From Thermodesulfobacteriota bacterium (GTDB lineage Bacteria; Desulfobacterota; WTBG01; JAGOGO01): a stretch of 32,000 nucleotides of DNA. The translations under genes were made by a program, and so were the position numbers. Below the pieces are notes generated by a model that was not told where the DNA came from, searched no databases, and was given only the letters and a program-made list of their open reading frames with translations. This document shows, piece after piece, positions 25,403 to 32,000 of the stretch; positions within the stretch are counted from its first letter, which is position 1; the number at the start of each line of letters is the position of its first letter. The DNA is taken from positions 675,622-707,621 of the forward strand of contig CP113000.1 of the NCBI GenBank assembly GCA_026625185.1. Direction: 5' to 3'.

Positions 25403-27148
25403 TTATGATTTTCTTTTAAAAGGAAGAAGGATTTCAAAGGTTGAACCTCGTCCAACCTCACTCCTAACTTCGATTCTCCCGCCCATGCCTTTAATGATTC
25501 CGTAGCTTACCGACAATCCCAAGCCGGTTCCCTTGCCAACCTGCTTAGTAGTATAAAAGGGGAAAAATATTTTTTCCATCTGTTCAGGGGTCATCCCGCA
25601 ACCAGTATCCGTGACTGCTACCCCGATAAATTCCCCTTTCATCATGGTTCGAAAAAAAATTTTCCCCGGGGAGGCAGTAGCGGCAATGGCATTATTAATT
25701 ATGTTAATAAAAACTTGCTGGAGCTGGTTGCGGTTCGTATAAACCTCCGGCAAATTTTCATCAAAATCAGTTTTAACCTTAATATTGGATATCATGAATT
25801 CGTTCTGCATCATCCGGATCACTTCCTGTAAAATTTTATTGATATCTTCCGACTGTAATTTTACTTCATCCTTGCGGACGAAGCCCAAGAGTTTTCCGGT
25901 AATATCCCGGCACCGGAAGACTGCATTGAGAATAATATCCAGGTGTTTATTGTATTCTTCGGGGGTTATCTCCTTGGTGTAGAGCTGAGGATCGAGCATG
26001 TCTTTCAATAGTCCAGCTTCTTCCCCGATAATAGCTAAAGGATTATTGATCTCATGAGCGATTCCGGCCGCAAGCTCGCCTACTGATGCGAGCTTGGCCG
26101 CATGAAAAAGCTGGCGTTGAAGGTCGTATTTTGCGATATCGTTTTTTTCTAAGAGCCCGATAAAGCGTGTGGTGGTAAATGATATAACGGCAACGATGAC
26201 AATGAAAAAAACCAAAAAAAGGGCGATGATAATAAAGCGAGTACGATACATGGTGGCGTAAGCTATTTTTAATGGTTGCAACACAACGAGACACCAATTT
26301 ACTTCGTGAAGCCAGGAATAGGCAGAAAGATAGGTGACATTATTATGGGAGAGTTCTTGTGCGCCTAATGTCGGCTCATTTTTTGGAAGGTAGGGAGAGG
26401 ATCCGAGGATTGTTCCCAGAGAACTTGGCACACTCTGGTATTTTCCCACGGTATTAACAATAAAGGTGAAAACGTCTCCGGTATTCTCCAGGGTATGGAT
26501 AAAATCTGCGAACCTAATAGGATCAACGGTTGCCCTTAATACCCATTTCCCCCCATTTACTTCCTGGGTTACCGCAAGGGTAAAGTGAGGTTTTCTCCGA
26601 AACCCTAAATATATGTCACTGATGATGTATTTCTTACTTCCCTGCATCAGAGAAATAAACCATGGTTCCTTGCTGTAGTCCTTATTTTTGAGAAAAGAAA
26701 AAGGACCTGCATAAGCCAGATGGATTCCCTTTTCATCAAATAAGCCCACATCGACAAAGGTGGGGCTGTCTTGTTTAAGTTTTTCCAGACTTTTTTGCAT
26801 GGTTTCATCCGAGGCAGGGATAAAAAATTTCGGACTCTCAAGCAGATTTTTAAGGTTTACCACTCGTTCCTGCAAAAACAGGTCAATGGTGTTACGCTGG
26901 CTTTCAGCAATGGATTTGAGGTGCGACTTGCTGCTTTCAGTGAGCGTGATGGTAAACTGAAAATGAAAATAAACCGAAAGCAAAACCAACGGCAAAATAT
27001 AGATCACCAGGCGAAGAATGAGGGTTTTTTTTCGCAACCGGTCATAGAGCACCTGGATCGCCGCCTTATCCATGGGCAAGGAATCGTCGGGGGGTTTCTC
27101 CGGCGGGTTCATTTTTTGATTTTGATTCCAAGTCGCCTTCATTTGCAT
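25403..27148 (-). CDS. Sensor histidine kinase with a periplasmic Cache/PDC-like domain
   Basis: 581 aa. Two TM helices (LILRLVIYILPLVLLSVYF and FIIIALFLVFFIVIVAVISF) flank a ~240-aa extracytoplasmic region. The H-box is AAGIAHEINNPL, the N-box NIINNAIAAT and the G-boxes DTGCGM and GTGLGLS. Confidence 0.9.
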   Translation of the reverse strand: MQMKATWNQNQKMNPPEKPPDDSLPMDKAAIQVLYDRLRKKTLILRLVIYILPLVLLSVYFHFQFTITLTESSKSHLKSIAESQRNTIDLFLQERVVNLKNLLESPKFFIPASDETMQKSLEKLKQDSPTFVDVGLFDEKGIHLAYAGPFSFLKNKDYSKEPWFISLMQGSKKYIISDIYLGFRRKPHFTLAVTQEVNGGKWVLRATVDPIRFADFIHTLENTGDVFTFIVNTVGKYQSVPSSLGTILGSSPYLPKNEPTLGAQELSHNNVTYLSAYSWLHEVNWCLVVLQPLKIAYATMYRTRFIIIALFLVFFIVIVAVISFTTTRFIGLLEKNDIAKYDLQRQLFHAAKLASVGELAAGIAHEINNPLAIIGEEAGLLKDMLDPQLYTKEITPEEYNKHLDIILNAVFRCRDITGKLLGFVRKDEVKLQSEDINKILQEVIRMMQNEFMISNIKVKTDFDENLPEVYTNRNQLQQVFINIINNAIAATASPGKIFFRTMMKGEFIGVAVTDTGCGMTPEQMEKIFFPFYTTKQVGKGTGLGLSVSYGIIKGMGGRIEVRSEVGRGSTFEILLPFKRKS

Positions 27149-27236
27149 ATCTTTGTTGTCTCCTCGTCGCCGCCTCGATCTGCTTTTGAATGCAACTTGG
27201 TATGGTTAGTCGGTTTTTAAGGTTTTTGAGACCGCA

Positions 27237-28079
27237 TTATTCTACTGCCACCGGGAGTTCCTGGAGGTCTACCTTGATATCTTTTACGCCGGAGACGCTT
27301 TTGGCGATGGTTCTAATTTCAGCCTCAGTTTGTCTCAGGCCGGTGGCAAACATGCCGACGGTAGTATACAATTTACCCTGAATGTGGACATTGCCGTCTT
27401 TAACCTCAACGTCAAGTTCAATCCCCCTAGTACGTTCATTAAGGGCTATTTTAGCTTTAATCTGACAAGCAAGGGCAAAATTTTCAATGGCTTTATGTTT
27501 TGCCCCGGTATCCTTAAATTCTGGTTGATCGAGGGCATACATGATCATGCCACAGGCGGTATCTATACTCAGATTTTCAAGGTTGATAACCATATCATAG
27601 AGGAAGGGATCGGTCAAATCAACATGGTAGAAAAATTTGGTCCACTGTTTACGCCTCTCATCTACTTTTTCAATATACTCTTTTGCAGCTTCCTCACTTA
27701 TATTTTTTTTCGCCATCTCGTTTTTTATTCGTTGACTTAATGGGGCAACCAGGCGGACTTTAAAAACATTAGGTACACCCTGGAGGAGAAAATGGCCGGC
27801 AAGTCCATAGTAAATAAAATCTCCTTTAGCAGCGCGCTCAGCCATAGCTGATTGAAGAGCGATTAAATATAGACGTCGCTTTTCGCCCAAAAGACGTTCC
27901 CAGACTTTTGGCCCTTGTTTAAGCTGTTGAGAAATTTCCGATTCCGATATCCCGTAAAGAGTAGCCGCTTCCTTAATGACTTCTACACCTACGGCTGGAA
28001 ATCCTGTTTTTTTTGTCAGACATTGGGCTAATGTCTCTCCGCCGCTAAAGGTGCCTCGGGAAATAGTCACAATAGGCAT
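27237..28079 (-). CDS. Cytidylate-kinase-like family (Cytidylate_kin2-type) protein with a C-terminal BON-like domain
   Basis: The N-terminus MPIVTISRGTFSGGETLAQCL matches the ISRE.GSGG pattern of the family, whose P-loop lacks the Lys. The C-terminal ~70 aa (IELDVEVKDGNVHIQGKL...IAKSVSGVKDIKVDL) look like a BON domain. There is no signal peptide. Confidence 0.65.
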   Translation of the reverse strand: MPIVTISRGTFSGGETLAQCLTKKTGFPAVGVEVIKEAATLYGISESEISQQLKQGPKVWERLLGEKRRLYLIALQSAMAERAAKGDFIYYGLAGHFLLQGVPNVFKVRLVAPLSQRIKNEMAKKNISEEAAKEYIEKVDERRKQWTKFFYHVDLTDPFLYDMVINLENLSIDTACGMIMYALDQPEFKDTGAKHKAIENFALACQIKAKIALNERTRGIELDVEVKDGNVHIQGKLYTTVGMFATGLRQTEAEIRTIAKSVSGVKDIKVDLQELPVAVE

Positions 28080-28394
28080 GATTTACCTCCTCTTTTAATA
28101 CGTAGTATCAATGCCGGCAAACACGTTCGCTGCCTTAAATCTAATTTAGAACCGCTTGCCTTGCTCATGGATTTTTAATCTATAACCTTTTTATGAAAAA
28201 ACCAGTTTTTTGATTAAAGGGCTGTCGTTATGTCAGAAAATAATCATACAAAAAGAAAACCTAAGCCTCCTTAACATGGTGTAAAAAAGGAAATAAAATA
28301 ATTGCGAAAAAGGAAAGCTAATATGTGAGACTACAAAATAATAATTATCTTGCGCGCTGTTTTTTAACATAAGCGAAAACGATTGCAGAACAAA

Positions 28395-28428
28395 TGATTT
28401 TTATCAACTATCTATCTGATAATAATCA
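28395..28428. promoter_or_regulatory. Inverted repeat in the divergent promoter region (candidate operator)
   Basis: tgatttttatca (28395-28406) and tgataataatca (28417-28428) match as an inverted pair at 11 of 12 positions with a 10-bp spacer, about 80 nt upstream of TSUP-B. The 13-mer atttttatcaact (28397-28409) recurs at 24840-24852. Confidence 0.4.
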
Positions 28429-28509
28429 GAGAAATACCCATGGCTTATGCCGTATAAGATAAAAAAACAAAATGGTAGAGGATTTAATTAGTCAGGAGGA
28501 TTAATCTAT

Positions 28510-29763
28510 ATGAATTTTTTTAAAAAGACCTTTGAATATATGGAGGCCGCCTCAATAGCCCATGCTAAGTGGGACTATGAGGTCTCGATGAACATCCTCC
28601 ACAGAAAAAAACGCTTCTTGATCCTGGGGGGGGTTGCCGCGACCTGGATCATCCTCGCCGCAATCGCGGCCAATGCCTCTGACATCTTGGGAGGCAAGAC
28701 TGCGTATGCTCCAGCCTTTTATGCCACCAATGTTTTTTTAGTATCAATCGCTATCGGGTTTTGCGCTGGTTTGATCACCGGCTGTATCGGCGCGGGCGGA
28801 GGTTTTATCATTACTCCGGCGCTCATGGCAGTGGGGGTTAAAGGGATCCTTGCCGTTGGAACCGACCTTTTTCACATTTTTGCCAAGGCGATCATGGGAT
28901 CGGTGCTGCACGGAAAGCTCGGTAATGTCAACGTTAAAATAGCAATGGCTTTTTTGGTTGGTTCAATCGGAGGCGCTACCCTCGGCGGTATAATTCAAAA
29001 GGCCATTTATGCCAAAGACCCGATTTTAAGTGATGCATTCTTAAGCATTATCTATGCTCTGATCCTTGGACTGCTTGGCTGGTATGGGGTATCCGATTTC
29101 CTCAAAAAACGCAGACAGTTCAGAATTCCTTTAGAAGCACGGCCTCCAACGCCGGCGGAAGTTAAGCTTGCTTTTAGATTACAGTCTTTAAATATCCCCC
29201 CCGCAGTCAAGTTTGATGAAGATATAGTTCCCGGAGGCAAAAAAATTTCGGGGGTAATTCTTGCTGCCGGTGGCTTTGTGGTTGGTCTTGCCTCTACGTT
29301 GATGGGGGTTGGCGGAGGCTTTATCACCTTCCCGATGTTTGTCTATGTGTTTGGTATTTCTACTTTTACCACGGTGGGAACCGATATCTTTCAAATCGTT
29401 TTTACTGCCGGATATTCCGGCATCGCCCAATATGCCATTTATGGCTTTGTCTTTTATACCCTGGCAATGGGGATGCTGCTTGGTTCTCTTCTGGGAATCC
29501 AGATTGGCGCGCTTACTACCAAGGTGGTAAAAGGCATTACCATACGGGGTTTCTGGGTTACCACCATCCTGGCCGGTTTTATAAATCGAATAACTGCGCT
29601 CCCCAAACAGTTTAGCGAACTCGGGATAATCAATCTTCCGAAAACCCTGTGCCTGGGGATTGAAAAAGCCGGCTTTTATATTTTTTGGATAATAATAGTG
29701 ACTTTTGTCCTATGGGTATTAGGCACTTTTATCAGAAACATAAAGACCTTCAGGGAGGAATAA
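28510..29763 (+). CDS. TSUP (TauE/SafE, DUF81) family membrane transporter, paralogue B (long form with an N-terminal extension)
   Basis: 417 aa. It contains GCIGAGGGFIITP...AVGTDLFH, HGKLGNVNVKIA and the second half LMGVGGGFITFP...TVGTDIFQ. The central loop contains IPPAVKFD. An additional ~70-aa N-terminal region includes an extra TM helix. Confidence 0.85.
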   Translation: MNFFKKTFEYMEAASIAHAKWDYEVSMNILHRKKRFLILGGVAATWIILAAIAANASDILGGKTAYAPAFYATNVFLVSIAIGFCAGLITGCIGAGGGFIITPALMAVGVKGILAVGTDLFHIFAKAIMGSVLHGKLGNVNVKIAMAFLVGSIGGATLGGIIQKAIYAKDPILSDAFLSIIYALILGLLGWYGVSDFLKKRRQFRIPLEARPPTPAEVKLAFRLQSLNIPPAVKFDEDIVPGGKKISGVILAAGGFVVGLASTLMGVGGGFITFPMFVYVFGISTFTTVGTDIFQIVFTAGYSGIAQYAIYGFVFYTLAMGMLLGSLLGIQIGALTTKVVKGITIRGFWVTTILAGFINRITALPKQFSELGIINLPKTLCLGIEKAGFYIFWIIIVTFVLWVLGTFIRNIKTFREE

Positions 29764-29765
29764 CC

Positions 29766-30476
29766 ATGCTAATACAGGATAAAAAACATTTTTCACTTGG
29801 CGTGATATTAGCGGTCAGTTTTTTATTATTGTTTCTGGTGATCATGTCCCCGGTATTCGGCGGGAAAAACGGCCTCCAGTATGCCGATGATATTTTTAAC
29901 AAACTTTCTAAGGGGTCTTCCTATTTCATCCCCGAGGCAACCAAGAGCATCGAAAAATTTATGGACAAACAAACTTCAGTCACCATCAAATATGAAAACC
30001 CGGAAGATGCCCAAAGAACTGCCCGCCTGCTTACGTTATCCGAAGCTAGGACGGAACAACAGGAAGGCACTTTAAAGATAGAAGGGAGCTTGGGCAAGAT
30101 CATGGCCACGGGAATAAGGGATTCTAATTTTATGTATTACAACGACGGTGAAAAACTGAAAAATGCTTACGGCTACGATGAAAAGCAGGTGATGAAAGAC
30201 TGGTGGCAGGCTTTTGATAAAATGAGCAAGGAATATAAGAAAAACAAGGCTTTTGATAATGCGAAAATATTATCAGATGTGAACAAAAAGGTGGTCGAAG
30301 CTGCCTACAATTTTTACCGGATCGAGCCGGTGAAGGTTTCCGAGCGAGCCGGCACCATGACCGGGCTGCTCGTATTCTATGTGCTCTATAGTGTTTGGTG
30401 GGGATTTGCCCTCATGTTTTTAGTTGAGGGGATGGGACTCACCATGACGAAAAAAGGAGCCAAAAAGGAAGATTAA
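29766..30476 (+). CDS. Bitopic membrane protein of unknown function (partner of TSUP-B)
   Basis: The ATG lies 2 nt after the TSUP-B stop and is preceded by gggagga. The N-terminal TM helix is LGVILAVSFLLLFLVIMSPVF. A ~170-aa soluble domain follows, then a C-terminal hydrophobic segment LLVFYVLYSVWWGFALMFLVEGMGL. No family recognised. Confidence 0.7.
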   Translation: MLIQDKKHFSLGVILAVSFLLLFLVIMSPVFGGKNGLQYADDIFNKLSKGSSYFIPEATKSIEKFMDKQTSVTIKYENPEDAQRTARLLTLSEARTEQQEGTLKIEGSLGKIMATGIRDSNFMYYNDGEKLKNAYGYDEKQVMKDWWQAFDKMSKEYKKNKAFDNAKILSDVNKKVVEAAYNFYRIEPVKVSERAGTMTGLLVFYVLYSVWWGFALMFLVEGMGLTMTKKGAKKED

Positions 30477-31255
30477 TGGCCGCCTTTCCCCTTAAAAATA
30501 AAACCGGCAAGCAACCCTACCACAATTGCAATGACCACGGCAATGATTCCGTAAACGGCGCTATGGTGCTGTGCCATGTAAGTAAACCAGCGAGATAGAC
30601 CAACCTTTTCAATGGTAATCGTTTGTTGAGTTTCCCCTAAGATCACTCCGTCCCTTATTGCCCAGCAGGTTATGGCATAATTCCCTTCCACTGCGCGGTC
30701 GGAGAAATGGAGATCAAACATAAAAGAGCTATTCTCCTTGTTGATCTCAATGACGTTTTCCCTCACCCCATAAAGCCCGGCCTTTTCCTTCATTTTCAAA
30801 AAACCCTCAAAAACCACGTTTCGATCATCGTCACCGGGTTTCCCGCTTAAAAGTTTGATCCTCAGGTTTTGTTTTAGAGCATCGTAACCAATCTTAAGTT
30901 CTTTTTTTAAGTTTTCATTTAAAACGTCAGGGAGATTCCCCGATGAAAGAACCTTATAAAGAAAAGGAACATGAGAAACTTCAAATTGTTTGACGCTCAT
31001 CCAGAAAAAAACTACCCTCCCCTTGCGTACCAGCTTTAAGGAAGGATTGTTTTCTGACTTTACCTGCATAATTATTGTGGCCTCAGGTTGGGGAAGGGTA
31101 CCCTTAAATCTTATGGTGTCACCTCCAAAGCCTATTCCCATAGCAACCTTTTTTTCCGGCAACAAGGTAAAGCACGTTTCTCCTTTTACCGGCGGAACAA
31201 AAAAAATGAGCGAGACGACCACGAACACCAAAGTTTTAATAAAGGTTTCTTTCAT
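30473..31255 (-). CDS. Alph_Pro_TM / TIGR02186-like signal-anchored membrane protein (partner of TSUP-C)
   Basis: 260 aa. It has a signal peptide, a ~200-aa extracytoplasmic domain, and the C-terminal anchor YGIIAVVIAIVVGLLAGFIF followed by KGKGGH. The architecture and the position directly after a DUF81 gene match my recollection of the TIGR02186 family. The start is 2 nt after the TSUP-C stop. Confidence 0.55.
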   Translation of the reverse strand: MKETFIKTLVFVVVSLIFFVPPVKGETCFTLLPEKKVAMGIGFGGDTIRFKGTLPQPEATIIMQVKSENNPSLKLVRKGRVVFFWMSVKQFEVSHVPFLYKVLSSGNLPDVLNENLKKELKIGYDALKQNLRIKLLSGKPGDDDRNVVFEGFLKMKEKAGLYGVRENVIEINKENSSFMFDLHFSDRAVEGNYAITCWAIRDGVILGETQQTITIEKVGLSRWFTYMAQHHSAVYGIIAVVIAIVVGLLAGFIFKGKGGH

Positions 31256-31257
31256 GA

Positions 31258-32000
31258 TTAATGCCCTCCTGCAGCTTTGGCAAGTCCAATGACGTTATCT
31301 GGGGTCACTAAGAGATCAAATAGCATCTTCACCATTACCAACAGGACGATGATGGAAAGAAGAATGCGGATCTGTTCTCCCCGAAGGAAGCGACTTGCAC
31401 GAACACCAAACTGGGCGCCGATAACCGATCCCGTAAAAAGAAATACTACCAGCACTAAATCAACCGTATGGTTCGTAATTGCCTGCTGTAAAGTAACATT
31501 TGCGGTAGTAATAACGATCTGAAAAAGATCGGTTCCCACCGCGACGATGGTGGGCATGCCGATAATATAGATCATGGTAGGCACCATAATAAACCCCCCG
31601 CCAACACCCATGAGGGCAGCCAGAAAACCCACTAAGAAACCAGCGCTAAAAGGAAAAATCGCGGAAGTCTCCAGCCCGGATCGCTTAAAATGCATCTTAA
31701 AGGGTAAGCGGGCAAAGAACAACGAAAGTTTATTGGGACCAATCTCGCCCTCTTGTACTGAAGAAGCTTTAGATTTTCTCAGGGCATTAAGGCTCTCAAC
31801 AAACATAGCGCTTCCCACTCCCCCTAGGATCAAGACATATACTGCCCGGATAACAAAGTCGAAGTTCCCCATCTCCCGGAGATACTTTACTACCTGGACC
31901 CCGACGGTTCCACCGGCAATACCGCCGATGAGAATAACCACGCCCATTTTTAGGTCCACGTTTCCCAACCTCCAGTGACTAAAAGCACCGGAGGTCGCTG
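31258..32000 (-). CDS. TSUP (TauE/SafE, DUF81) family membrane transporter, paralogue C (5' end outside the window)
   Basis: The frame stays open upstream of the track's TTG to the window edge (...ATSGAFSHWRLGNVDLKMG). It contains LMGVGGGFIMVP...AVGTDLFQ. The central loop contains LPFKMHFK. The protein ends ...AAGGH. Confidence 0.85.
   Translation of the reverse strand, partial: ATSGAFSHWRLGNVDLKMGVVILIGGIAGGTVGVQVVKYLREMGNFDFVIRAVYVLILGGVGSAMFVESLNALRKSKASSVQEGEIGPNKLSLFFARLPFKMHFKRSGLETSAIFPFSAGFLVGFLAALMGVGGGFIMVPTMIYIIGMPTIVAVGTDLFQIVITTANVTLQQAITNHTVDLVLVVFLFTGSVIGAQFGVRASRFLRGEQIRILLSIIVLLVMVKMLFDLLVTPDNVIGLAKAAGGH

Overview
This 32-kb chromosomal window appears to come from an anaerobic bacterium. 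The evidence is a tetrahaem cytochrome c, a GcdA-type decarboxylase subunit, DUF3786, a ferredoxin and a NifU-like protein. The lineage cannot be fixed from sequence alone; Desulfobacterota/Syntrophia-like is only a guess. Left third (1-4.5 kb): repeat-rich, partly degraded accessory DNA. It holds a DUF4143-type AAA ATPase bracketed by ~150-bp direct repeats. It also holds an intact IS30-family element (26-bp imperfect IRs, GAT target duplication) inserted in a BrnT/DUF497-like toxin remnant, followed by a gene-poor stretch of composite repeats and heptamer microsatellites. Middle (4.5-22.5 kb): mostly housekeeping genes. These are DUF3786, uvrA, cytochrome c, precorrin-2 dehydrogenase, a znuABC-like transporter, two tRNA-Ser and a CMD-family protein. 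They continue with an orphan gcdA behind a sigma-54-type promoter and a ~470-nt leader, then ferredoxin, a NifU-like protein, and add followed by an atypical PEP-utilising enzyme. Right third (22.8 kb to the window end): the most interesting locus. It contains three divergent paralogues of long-form TSUP (TauE/SafE, DUF81) membrane transporters. Each is tightly linked to its own signal-anchored accessory membrane protein, one of which is Alph_Pro_TM/TIGR02186-like. They are embedded with a Cache-type histidine kinase, two output-less NtrC-like receiver proteins, a cytidylate-kinase-like/BON fusion protein, an internal sigma-54 promoter flanked by 19-bp direct repeats, and AT-rich palindromic operator candidates. 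I know of no characterised system with this composition, so I flag it as a candidate undescribed sensor-controlled membrane transport module. All family assignments come from motif recognition by eye; no database search was run. Hand-derived coordinates were anchored to the ORF track where possible, and unanchored ones may be off by a base or two.
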